Below the pieces are notes generated by a model. The model was not told where the DNA came from. It was given only the letters and a program-made list of their open reading frames with translations, and did no database searches. The position numbers and the translations under genes were made by a program. A stretch of DNA of 63,464 nt, filler included, from Octopus bimaculoides (Eukaryota), in the NCBI RefSeq assembly GCF_001194135.2. It is 5 parts of 5 records of this genome, joined end to end, with 100 filler letters (N's around TTAATTAATTAA, not from the genome) between each part and the next. Parts side by side here need not be neighbours in the genome. Positions count along the whole stretch, not along the records: positions 45,917 to 63,464 come from NC_068989.1; 4 more parts are not named here. One strand, 5' to 3'. Below are positions 51,420-63,094 of the stretch, piece after piece (position 1 is the first letter of the stretch; the number at the start of each line of letters is the position of its first letter).

Positions 51420-52760
51420 TGGGTTCAGTCCCACCATGTAAAAACTTAGGCAAATTCCTTCTAAAAAAGCCCTGGGCTGGCTACAGTCTCATGAGTGGAT
51501 TTGGTAAACAGAAAGGGAAAGAAACCCATCATATGACGTGTATAAGTTTGTTTTGCATTCTTACTTTAAGTGTAGGTTTGATCATGTGGTTAAAAAACTT
51601 GTTTTACAACCATATGGTTTGGGTTCAGTCCCACTACATGATATATATATATATATATATATANNNNNNNNNNNNNNNNNNNNNNNNNNNNNNNNNNNNN
51701 NNNNNNNNNNNNNNNNNNNNNNNNNNNNNNNNNNNNNNNNNNNNNNNNNNNNNNNNNNNNNNNNNNNNNNNNNNNNNNNNNNNNNNNNNNNNNNNNNNNN
51801 NNNNNNNNNNNNNNNNNNNNNNNNNNNNNNNNNNNNNNNNNNNNNNNNNNNNNNNNNNNNNNNNNNNNNNNNNNNNNNNNNNNNNNNNNNNNNNNNNNNN
51901 NNNNNNNNNNNNNNNNNNNNNNNNNNNNNATATATATGTGTGTGTGTGTGTGTTTGTGTGTCTGTGTTTGTCCCACCACCATCGCTTGACAACTGATGCT
52001 GGTGTGTTTACGTCCCCGTAACTTAGTGGTTCGGCAAAAAGAGACCGATAGAATAAGTACTAGGCTTACAAAGAATAAGTCCTGGGGTCGATTTTCTTGA
52101 CTAAAGGTGGTGCTCCAGCATGGCCGCAGTCAAATGACTAAAACAAGTAAAAGAGTAAAAGAGTAAAGAGTATATCATGGCTGTGTGGTAAGAAGCTTGT
52201 TTCCCAACCACATGGTTCCAGGTTCAGTCCCACTGCATGGCACCTTAGACAAGTGTCTTCTATTATAGCCTCAGGCTGACCAAAGCCTTGTGAATGAATT
52301 TGGTAGATGGAAACTGAAAGAAGCTCGTCATAAATATGTATGTGTTTGTGTATCTGTTTGTCCCCCACCCCCATCACTTGACAACCAATATTAGTGTGTC
52401 TACGTCCCTGTAACTTAGTAGTTTGGCAAAAGATATTGATAGAATAAGTATTAGGCTTACAAAGAGTAAGTCCTGGGGGTCAATCTGTTCAACTAAAGGT
52501 GGTGCTCCAGCATGGCCACAGTCAAATGACTGAAACAAGCAAAAGAATTAAAGAATATGTGTGTGTTTGTCTCCCCACTGTTTGACAACTGTTGTAGGTT
52601 TGCACATGACCTCTGTAACTTAGCAGTTCAGTGAGAAACCGATAGAATAAGTACCGGACTTAAAAAAAAAAAAAGTACTGGGGTCAATTTGTTTGACTAA
52701 ACTCTTCAAGGTTGTGTTCCAGCATGGCTGCAGTCCAGTGGTTGAAGCAATTGAAAGTAA
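51420..52760 (+). mobile_element. Tandem cluster of composite SINE family A copies
   Basis: Heads at ~51420, ~51585, ~52180; 3' modules at ~51950-52150, ~52350-52550, ~52560-52750. Confidence 0.8.
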
Positions 52761-52827
52761 TATATGTGTTAGTATTTGTGATTCCTTGTAATGACATTGT
52801 TTAATAGTTATCAACAAATATTCCTAT

Positions 52828-53601
52828 TGTAACGGACACCTTATAGCCTTAGATTGAGTTAGTTAAGATTTCATCAAAGCTAAAAATACATTGACAGCTC
52901 TCTTAGTGAAAACCTTAAATTGGCGCCCTTTTTGTAAATCAGCAGCAGAATTTCACCATAGCTAAAAATATATCGTCTACCTTGCTGCTAACTATAAATA
53001 CAACACGGAACAGTAGATGGGCAGTCTGAATCTAGCTTCTGACTCGAACGTACGAAAAGCGGTTTTAACTGCTATCAACTCTGCCAAGATACTTGCATGT
53101 ACTAACAGCAGTTTTAACTGCTATCAACTCAGCCAAGATATGCCAGAACAGTGATTTTCACTGCTATCAACCAAGCTGAACTAAATACATGCTTTCTCCG
53201 CATATAACTCGTANNNNNNNNNNAATACAACACGGAACAGTAGATGGGCAGTCTGAATCTAGCTTCTGACTCGAACGTACGAAAAGCGGTTTTAACTGCT
53301 ATCAACTCTGCCAAGATACTTGCATGTACTAACAGCAGTTTTAACTGCTATCAACTCAGCCAAGATATGCCAGAACAGTGATTTTCACTGCTATCAACCA
53401 AGCTGAACTAAATACATGCTTTCTCCGCATATAACTCGTAGCTAGTTATACATGTTTGTAATGTAGCGATATGTTTCGATGTCCGATCAACGCAGTATCA
53501 TTTATGCTAAATAAATGAAATTATACTCCGATTACCGAGTCTCTGCAGTTTATTCAAACCCAACAGACCAACTCACTACGACAGGATACATATCCACTAC
53601 A
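52828..53601 (+). repeat. 5' LTR (about 230 bp is repeated across the 10-N gap at 53214-53223; true length ~545 bp)
   Basis: TATAAATA 52993-53000, AATAAA 53510-53515, ends ...ccactaca; matches the 3' LTR. Confidence 0.9.
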
Positions 53602-53604
53602 AAA

Positions 53605-53617
53605 TGGTGACCCTGAC
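53605..53617 (+). promoter_or_regulatory. Primer-binding site complementary to tRNA-Trp 3' end
   Basis: TGGTGACCCTGAC vs TGGTGACCCCGAC expected for tRNA-Trp(CCA), 3 nt after the LTR. Confidence 0.8.
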
Positions 53618-53735
53618 TTAAGCAAGAACCACAGCCTTCATCAAAGTTTACTTGACACCACTGGAATACTGATCTCCGTACCTGCAGCATTAACCGTCCA
53701 ACCAAATCCGAAGAACCACGCCAACTCACCACATC

Positions 53736-54791
53736 ATGGACTCCAGCATGCAGAACTATACCAATAACCCCCCAGTCGTCGACACGACACTACAGGCTGC
53801 TATCTCCATCAAAGTACCACCCTTTTGGACTCACGATCCTCCATTGTGGCTCTGTCATATCGTGGCCCAGTTCGCTTCGAGCCACATTACGAGCGATGCC
53901 GCTTGCCTCACACATATTATCGGGTCCTTATCACCCGAAATCCTGAACGAGGTCCGCAACCTTATCATGGCTCTTCTTGGCACGGTATCATATAATACCT
54001 TCAAAACTACGCTGCTCACCAGGACGGAAGAGTCTCAACAAAAGCGTCTCCACCAGCTACTTCTCACAGAAGAATTAGGGGACAAGAAGCCCTCCCAGCT
54101 CTTGCGACAAATGAAGCAACTCGTGGGAGATGATAATCTACCCAACAGAGTGTTAAAGCAGCTCTTTGTACAGCATTTGCCATCTAATACACAAGAGGTC
54201 CTCGCTGCCACCGAAGACAACAAGTCAGTGGAAGAACTCGCTGAATTAGCCGACCGCATTGCCCGATGTCCCGAGCAGTTGTTCGTCCCTGTCAGCAGTT
54301 GTAACAGCAGCTCCACCAACCAATCCTCTCCCGCCTTCCACCAGCGCAACAGATCTGGCCGAACTACGAGCTTTAATAACAGAGCAGGCNNNNNNNNNNN
54401 NNNNNNNNNNNNNNNNNNNNNNNNNNNNNNNNNNNNNNNNNNNNNNNNNNNNNNNNNNNNNNNNNNNNNNNNNNNNNNNNNNNNNNNNNNNNNNNNNNNN
54501 NNNNNNNNNNNNNNNNNNNNNNNNNNNNNNNNNNNNNNNNNNNNNNNNNNNNNNNNNNNNNNNNNNNNNNNNNNNNNNNNNNNNNNNNNNNNNNNNNNNN
54601 NNNNNNNNNNNNNNNNNNNNNNNNNNNNNNNNNNNNNNNNNNNNNNNNNNNNNNNNNNNNNNNNNNNNNNNNNNNNNNNNNNNNNNNNNNNNNNNNNNNN
54701 NNNNNNNNNNNNNNNNNNNNNNNNNNACCGATGCACAAGACCCTGTTCGTTTTCAGTTTCCCATTCGGGAAATGATTCCATCAGAAATTGA
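53736..54791 (+). pseudogene. gag: Gypsy gag (frameshifted near 54260, partly in gap)
   Basis: IKVPPFWTHDPPLW..EELGDKKPSQLLRQM..LAELADRI; DLAELRALITEQ in the shifted frame; RCTRPC = end of CHCC knuckle. Confidence 0.85.
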
Positions 54792-57700
54792 ACGCAGCTG
54801 CAGTTCCTGGTATACATCCGCAAAGTCGCCTGTTTTTCATAAATGACCGCCTCACAGGCAAGCGTTTCCTGGTCGATACTGGTGCAGAAGTTAGCATCCT
54901 TCCTGTTTCTTATGTTACTGGAAAGCGAAGTGCAACATCTATCTGTCTCCAAGCTGTCAACCAATTGTCGATCCCTACTTACGGCGAGCAGTCTCTCACA
55001 CAAGATTTAGGTCTATGCTGCACTTTCCAGTGGGTATTTATAGTGGCCAAGCTACCAACCCCTATTCTCGGAGCCATTTCGGCCTACTTGTAGACCTCAA
55101 ACGACGGAGACTTGTAGACAGCATTATGAAACTTACTGTGCGTGGTATTACCGCTAGTATAGCCACAGTGAGCCCTACAATCCTACAGACAACATCCACA
55201 CCTCACAGCAATATCCTCCAGGAATACCTGGATGTCGCCCGACCTGTATTTCACAACCAGCCGATCAAATATGAGGTCACCCATCACATTACGACCTGAG
55301 GTCCACCCGTCTCTGCACGCCCTTGCCGACTTGCACCAAATCGCCTCAAGGCAGTAAAACGCGAATTCCAACACATGCTAGACCTTGGCATCATCTGTCC
55401 ATCTAGCAGTAACTGGTCGTCTCCAATACATTGTGTGCCCAAGAAAGGTTCCAACGGCTGGCGCACGTGCAGGGATTACAGAGCATTGAATAGCTGCACG
55501 GCTCCAGACTCCTATCCAGTCTCCCATCTGCATGATTTTTCAAGCTCATTACATGGAGCTAGCATTTAAAAAAAAATTGACCTGGTTAGGGCATACAACC
55601 AGATCCCAGTGGAACCTGCCGATGTACCAAAAACAGCAGTTATGACTCCTTTTGGACTGTTTGAATTTCTGCATATGCCATTCGGCTTACGCAACGCGGC
55701 ACAAACTTTCTAAAGATTCATCGACACAGTGACCAGAGGCCTACCTTTTGTTTATGCATACATAGATGACCTTCTCATAGCCAGTAGCTCCCACAAAGAA
55801 CATGTACAACACCTCCATCTCTTGTTCCAGCACCTTAGACAATACAGCATTGTCATTAGCCCTGGCAAATGTTTGTTCGGAGTCACGTCCCTTGAATTTC
55901 TCGGACACATAGTTGACAAAGATGGCATTCGCCCCCTACTGGAGAAAGTGAAAGCTATCACAGATTTTTCAGCACCCACATCTCTGCGGAAGTTACGAGA
56001 ATTTCTTGGTCTCATTAATTTTTATAGGCGTTTCATCCGCGCTGCTCTGACATAGCACAACACCTTACAGATTTACTGTGAGACCGGTTAACCAAAAATG
56101 CCAACATTACCCTCAGCGACGAACAGTTAGCAACATTCAACAACTTAAAAAAAGCATTGTCCGACGCCACTATGTTAGCATACCCAAAACCAGATGCTCC
56201 TTTAACTTTGTTTGTCAATGCATCTGCTTCCGAAGCTGGAGGCGTACTCCAACAGCTCACTCATGGATCTTGGCAACCTATATCTTTTTTTTCTAAGCGG
56301 TTAAAACCCGCTGAAACAAAGTATAGCACTTTCGGATGAGAGTTACTAGCAGTCTATCTAACTGTCAAACACTTTAGACACATGTTGGAAGGTCGTGTAT
56401 TTTCGGTGTATACTGATCACAAACCACTTGTATACTCATTCCATGCAAACCTGATAGCCATTCACCCCGAGAAATCAGGCATTTAGACTTCATATCGCAA
56501 TACACCACTGACATCAGACACATAAGCGGTGTAAACAACTCAGCAGCTGATGCCCTGCCCCGAATGGAGATAAATGCCATTCACAGCCCTGCTCAGATCG
56601 ACCTCCAACAGATGGCTGCAGACCAAAAGGATGATGAACAGCTACAACAGCTACGAAATTCGTCATCCTTGAAATTCCAACAATCTCCACTACCCTCTTC
56701 TGCTGAACATATTTGGTGTGATGTATCCACCGGCCACGAACGAACCTACATCCCTCCAAAGTACAGGCTTGACGTTTTCTCCGCTCTGCATTCACTAGCA
56801 CATCCTGGCATCCGCGCTACACAAAAACTCATATTGACCCATTTTGTGGGCCCAACATGAATAAAGACACCCGCGAATGGGCTAGGAACTGTCTCACTTG
56901 TCAGAAGGCAAAGGTTCACTGACATAAAATTGCCCATAGGCTCGTGTACCACGCCTGATGCACGTTTCCAGCATGTACACATGGACATCGTCGGACCGCT
57001 ACCACCTTCCAACAACTATACTTACTTGCTCACCTGTGTGGACAGATTTTCCTGCTGGCCAGAAGCCTTCCCTCTATCAGACATCTCTGCAGAAACGGTC
57101 GCGAAAATGCTAGTGTTTCACTGGGTTTCGCGTTTTGGTACACCTGCTATTATTACCACCGATAGAGGTCGTCAGTTTGATTCCCACCTTTTCGCCGAAC
57201 TGACCCGTCTCCTTGGGTGTAAACACACCTGCACCACAGCATATCATCCTGCAGCCAAATGAAAGGTCGAAAGACTCCACAGGCAAATCAAATCTGCCAT
57301 TAAAGCATACCCTGACCCGTCAAAATGGTTGGAATACCTTCCCTTCATCCTCCTAGGCATACGATCTACCGTCAAGGAAGGAGTGGGACATACTCCAGCT
57401 GAACTAGTGTACAGCACGGAACTCGCCCTACCAGGACAGATGATAGATCCCATCTTACCTCAAGAACTTCCGGATCTAACCAACTATATCCACCGTCTAT
57501 GGACATCTATGTCCCAATTTTCTCCTGCCGCACCTAGACAGCAAAATACTACTACACACGTCCTGAAGGACATCAACAGTTGGACTCATGTTTTCATCAG
57601 AAATGATGGAATCTCGGCACAACTTTGGCCACCCTATTCTGGCCCCTACAAAGTACTTGACAGACAACCGAAATATTTCGTCCTCGAAATGGCCGGAAAA

Positions 57701-57856
57701 CGAAACACGGTATCCGTTGATCGCCTCAAGAAAGCCTTCATAGAACAGGAATTACCACCTACTCCCGCTACTCTTTCAACTGATTCAACCACAGTAACCC
57801 TGCAAATTTCAAAGAAACCTTCTGCGATAAAACAGCAACAGACAATATCCGGTTGA
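54776..57856 (+). pseudogene. pol: Gypsy pol: aspartic protease, RT, RNase H, integrase with GPY motif; multiple stops/frameshifts
   Basis: [83 protein letters not shown]. Confidence 0.92.
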
Positions 57857-58652
57857 AACGTAAGATTCCCAGCAAAGTATGTTCAAGTTTGTTACATTTG
57901 AGTTGATATTTTTTTTCTTTCTTAACTGTTGAACTGCCGCATTCAGTACAAACAAAACAACTCACTGTGTGAACAATATTTTTTTTTTATAAACAATTTC
58001 TTCACAAGCTTTGCCAATAATCACAAACCAAGAAACTATTTGGCATAAGAAAACTTTTGTTACATAATGTACAAGAAACTTTTTTCTTTTTTTTATTGTG
58101 CAAATCACCGGACAAAATTTGTCCTTCTACTTTGCACCAATGAACTTCTGCATGCAACCTTGCAAAATACTGTTGATANNNNNNNNNNNNNNNNNNNNNN
58201 NNNNNNNNNNNNNNNNNNNNNNNNNNNNNNNNNNNNNNNNNNNNNNNNNNNNNNNNNNNNNNNNNNNNNNNNNNNNNNNNNNNNNNNNNNNNNNNNNNNN
58301 NNNNNNNNNNNNNNNNNNNNNNNNNNNNNNNNNNNNNNNNNNNNNNNNNNNNNNNNNNNNNNNNNNNNNNNNNNNNNNNNNNNNNNNNNNNNNNNNNNNN
58401 NNNNNNNNNNNNNNNNNNNNNNNNNNNNNNNNNNNNNNNNNNNNNNNNNNNNNNNNNNNNNNNNNNNNNNNNNNNNNNNNNNNNNNNNNNNNNNNNNNNN
58501 NNNNNNNNNNNNNNNNNNNNNNNNNNNNNNNNNNNNNNNNNNNNNNNNNNNNNNNNNNNNNNNNNNNNNNNNNNNNNNNNNNNNNNNNNNNNNNNNNNNN
58601 NNNNNNNNNNNNNNNNNNNNNNNNNNNNNNNNNNNNNNNNNNNNNNNNNNNN

Positions 58653-59004
58653 ACGGAACAGTAGATGGGCAGTCTGAATCTAGCTTCTGACTCGAACGTA
58701 CGAAAAGCGGTTTTAACTGCTATCAACTCTGCCAAGATACTTGCATGTACTAACAGCAGTTTTAACTGCTATCAACTCAGCCAAGATATGCCAGAACAGT
58801 GATTTTCACTGCTATCAACCAAGCTGAACTAAATACATGCTTTCTCCGCATATAACTCGTAGCTAGTTATACATGTTTGTAATGTAGCGATATGTTTCGA
58901 TGTCCGATCAACACAGTATCACTTATGCTAAATAAATGAAATTATACTCTGATTACCGAGTCTCTGCAGACCAACTCACTATGACAGGATACATATCCAC
59001 TACA
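58653..59004 (+). repeat. 3' LTR (5' part hidden in gap)
   Basis: Matches 53232-53601 with 4 substitutions and an 18-bp deletion. Confidence 0.92.
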
Positions 59005-61278
59005 CTATCATACAAACTGTCATGTGTTTTCAATCTTTCATGAAAACATATCTTGCCATTGTGCTGATCATGTTTGTAAGACTATGTTTGTGAAAGGAAG
59101 GGCATCTAACCATAGAAAATCTGCCTCAATAAATTTTGTCTGACCCATGCAAGGATGGAAAAGTAGACATAAAAAGAATGATGATGATGAATATATCTTC
59201 CTCATCCCCTCCTCCTCATCACAATAATCCTTATTACTATCATCACTCTCATCATCATTTTATGTCTTCTTTCAATGCTGATACGAGTTGGATAGGTCAA
59301 CAGGTTCTGATGAATGGAGGATTAAATTGGGCTGCAATGTCTCTGTTTTGGCATGGTTTCTATGGCTGGATGCCTTTCCTAACATCAAGCATTTCACAGA
59401 ATGTACTGAGTGCTTTCTTTGTGGAATCAGCTTATTTGCCTTTCAGTCACATGGACCCTAAAGTGCCTATTGAATAGGAGAGAGTGTATTGATTCTAGGT
59501 AAGGTGTTGAGAAAGGGCAAAGTATGATGAGAGGAACAAATGATGAAAGGGAGAATAACAGTGAAGACACTACTGGAGGAGAGTGGAAAGGTTATGGGAA
59601 AGGAAGAAAGGGTTAGTGTCAGAAGTGGTAAGGGTGAGGAGGAGGAATGTGTAGGATATATCCACTGATATTTTGTATTATAAGGGCGAATTAGGGTAGA
59701 AGGTATGAGGGGAAGTGAGATAAAGAGCCAGAGGATGAGGGCACAGTGGCTGAAAACAGTGGAAGCATTGAGAAAAAAAAGGCTGAAAGACACTATGAAG
59801 ATGCAGAGAATGCAACAAAAGCAGTGAGAAATAAAGAGAAGCTAGAGAGAGGATGTGCGTGAATATATGTATGTATACACACACACATGTGCACGTGTGC
59901 GTGCACACACACACACACACACAAATATATATACAAATACATACAATAAAAATGTTAAATCATTAACATATATGCTCACATAAAAGGGAGATTGAGAGAG
60001 AGAGAAGAGATGCAGAAAATTGAAAGCTGACATACTTTCAATATCAATATTGTACTATATATCATACATTATTACACAGGAAGACAACTAGAGATCATTA
60101 GGAAATGAGCTTATGTGACTTCATTATGAGATTTAATTGAATTATGTACAATGATTATTACTCACACATTTGAAATTAAGGGTATTTTGTCGCTTGGGAA
60201 AATAAGTGAAGTGTTGAGTGTATCATTTTGTGGTTGGACAATACATTGAGTATCTGTTGAAGAGAAGAGAAGAGAAGAGAACCTCAATAATGAATGAACA
60301 AAAGAAAAAAAAAGATTTGATTCTAGATGCAAAGTAATTGGTAATAGTTAAGGGGGTACATTTGTTGTAAATGAACCAAAGGCTGGTATTCAATAACATA
60401 CATTGATATTCTTATTACTATGATCAAAAGGTATTTACAAATGGAATGATGGGATTTTATATCACTATCTAAATCACCAAAATTCAAAGATTCATCTCTT
60501 ACTTGCTGTCAGTTATTAAATTGAATTTTAGCCAAGAAAAATGACACTGAGTTTTATAAGCTGAAGTACAATCTTTGCAATTTTTTTTTTTTTATGAAGT
60601 TGTAACTAGGTTACTGACTGTAAAATAATTATGTGTCTAAGAACATTTTTTGAATGATGGTGTTCTGAGAAAATATGGTGTAAAAGTAGCATTTTGTCAT
60701 TCACAGTAAAATATTGTTCCTCTGTATATGTACTGTGTGACAACGGCTTACACCACTTAAATTTGAATATTTTTTCCCGATGTTTATATTCTTGCAACAT
60801 ATAATTTTAAAATATATCTATAACATAAAGTATTTAAAGACACAGACTTCACATTTAGTGACTACTTAAGTCTCAAAATTCTGCTCCAGTTGTATAAAGA
60901 TTTTTTTCTGATGCACTTGTTATCTTATTTCATGAAATACACCAGATTATCCTATGAGTTAAAAGGTAGTGTGATGTTGATAGAGTTTACAGATGGAACA
61001 TGAAAGCAGTAGTGAATAAAGTTATGACAATGAGAGCAGTAATTAAATTAACAGAGGATGTTATGAACCAACAAAGAAGTAATAACTAGTTAACAAGTTA
61101 TTACTGTTCCTTTGACATATTTTAATCTTTTGATTTTGTCAACAATGATGATAAAGCTTTGATTATTGATGATGAAAATGATGATAATGAAGATGATAAA
61201 GATGACAAAAAGGCTGTTGAAGATAATATGACAATAAAAATAATCAAGATTATGAAAGTTTCAAAACAATGGACATAC

Positions 61279-61423
61279 AATTGTGACCAACAATAATCAA
61301 ATCACAACTATTGTCGTAACCAACTCGATAGAGGTTTGTGTGTCCAACGTCCCATTGCACTGAGACCCATCCATTTGAGGTTTTCTGATTTGTTACAGTT
61401 CCTAAGTTACCATTGCCGCCATC
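61279..61423 (-). CDS. Host exon encoding the C-terminal part of a MIB/HERC2 (Mib_herc2) domain
   Basis: Acceptor ttattatctcattttag|, 145 nt, DGGNGNLGTVTNQKTSNGWVSVQWDVGHTNLYRVGYDNSCDLIIVGHN, donor T|gtatgt; fits QDGG.G..GTV..WV.V.WD.G..N.YR.G....DL. Confidence 0.85.
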
Positions 61424-61724
61424 CTAAAATGAGATAATAAATCTATCTTTTAGTATCAATTTTAGATGAATGTCAGAAGGAAAAACATGGATGTGTGTGT
61501 GTGTGTGTGTGTAAATTGCAAAGGTTGATGGATGACTGAATTTCTATGATGGTGCCAGTAATCTGTGACCCAGTTTAGATATTTCACTTCAAAATATGAG
61601 ACATATGCATCACAACTAATAATAAGGGTTTTCAAAATATGGCCTAATTAATCACACTCATACACACAAATGTATGTATGTATGTATATATGTATGTATG
61701 CATCCATGTATGTATGTATGTATG

Positions 61725-61755
<31 letters not shown>

Positions 61756-61759
61756 GGAT

Positions 61760-62220
61760 GGATGGATGTTTGTCTTTCTAATTTTAGAGTTAATTAGCTT
61801 GGTAGCAAGGTTGTGAAGGAAAGCACATTCTTTTGTTTGTCATCCTTTAAACCTTAAGAAGTTTTGCAGATTTTTATTGTCCCAGATACTGTGTGTGTGA
61901 TCATTTCTAGCATATGAATTAAGGATTTGCATCCTCTCCCCAAGAATCCAAGTTCAGCCAAAAGAGGTATGAAGCTGAAAGTGTATTTTGTGTACTGGGT
62001 TTGCAAACTCCTTATCAGCAGTCCATGGATATCCTCTTTCTCCTGTATTCTTGTGATCACATTGGTGTCCAGAGAGTAACTTATTTCCACAGGAGGGCAT
62101 ATTTTTTTCTTATGGCTCAGCCAAACTATGTCTGGCCAGTTGTGTTTTAACTTGGTGGCTGTTGTAATTTTTAAGCACCACCATTATTCTTTTGATGCAT
62201 CTTTTGATGCATCTCTTCTA
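61760..62220 (-). mobile_element. Dong/R4 LINE 3' fragment (copy B)
   Basis: WWCLKITTATKLKHNWPDIV..EISYSLDTNVITRIQEKEDIHG..SGTIKICKT; 3' end followed by (CATC)3(CATA)n. Confidence 0.8.
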
Positions 62221-62224
62221 TTTT

Positions 62225-63000
62225 AAAATTATTACAAAGCTTCCACTGAGGAGGAGCCTGTTTCCAACAAAGATACAAGGCTCCATCTTTGGGATGTAGT
62301 TAACAGAGACAAATTCACATTTGGAATTTGAGAAAAGTCTAGCATATTTTTACTGTTCCACTCAGATTGCACTTACAATGTATGAATTAGCTGGTTGATT
62401 TCTCTTTCTGAAAATCTCAGTTTATCCAGATTACTAACAAAACCTAGTGCTCCAATTATTATTGATATGAATATGAATTCATAGTCTGGATATAGAAGCT
62501 GGAAGTTTTGAAGCAGTTGTCCATAGATATCCTCTTTTTCTTTGATTTTCAAAGGGATATTTATATATACAGGGCAGCTGACCCCTATGATGGTACATAG
62601 CTTTACCCTTCTGTCCCAATCAACAATATCCAGCCTGTTATGTTTACATTTGACAGAAGTTTTGATGGGAATATTCCACCAGTATTCCTTGAGTTAGTGT
62701 TTATGAATGTATTCCATAATAGAGAGATTTTCTAAGTTTATTTGAGGACAGTCTTTTTTTGTGGATGGCATTGTAAATTGTTTTAGCAACAACATTGTGC
62801 CGCATAGAGAGGTAGTATTGTGATGACATGCTAATCACATGCGTAATGTCTTCCATAGAAATATGACATAGCCTACACATGCGGTTGCACCTTGGGATTA
62901 CAAGAGCAACACTGTCTCTCTTGTTCATCAGGTACTTTGTGGCAATCTCCTGTTCCTGGATTGCAAACGCATAGCCTTCAAAGTATGATGTGATGTAGTG
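62225..63000 (-). mobile_element. Dong/R4 LINE 3' fragment (copy A) with zinc knuckle and RLE
   Basis: TSYFEGYAFAIQEQEIATKY..CRLCHISMEDITHVI..RHNVVAK..YWWNIPIK..HNRLDIV..SGTVKIC; 5' end abuts (CATA)n. Confidence 0.88.
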
Positions 63001-63094
63001 GTATATATGTCTGTATGTATGCATGTATGTATGTATGTACGTATGTACATATGTATGTACGTACGTATGTATGTATGTATATATGTATGTATCA

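Larger units (their letters stand above)
52828..59004 (+). mobile_element. Full-length Ty3/Gypsy LTR retrotransposon, CsRn1-like lineage, inactive
   Basis: TGTAAC...CTACA termini, 4-bp TSD CTAT (52824-52827 and 59005-59008), tRNA-Trp PBS, domain order gag-PR-RT-RH-IN. Confidence 0.93.

Noticed and set aside
53280-53410. Repeat-spacer-like pattern (CRISPR-like)
   Set aside because: Only three units, within an LTR and reproduced in both LTRs; eukaryotic context, no cas genes.
52995-53440. Apparent ~220-bp tandem duplication in the 5' LTR
   Set aside because: Copies look identical and are separated by exactly 10 Ns; best explained as unmerged contig overlap. The 3' LTR cannot confirm it because that part is in a gap.
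57857-58178. Possible env/ORF3 after integrase
   Set aside because: A/T-rich with stops in all frames in the visible part; the PPT and remainder are hidden in the gap.
60606-60800. ORF with His/Cys residues suggesting a C2H2 finger
   Set aside because: No proper C-x2-C..H-x3-H spacing or TGEKP linker in any single frame; phase incompatible with the MIB/HERC2 exon.
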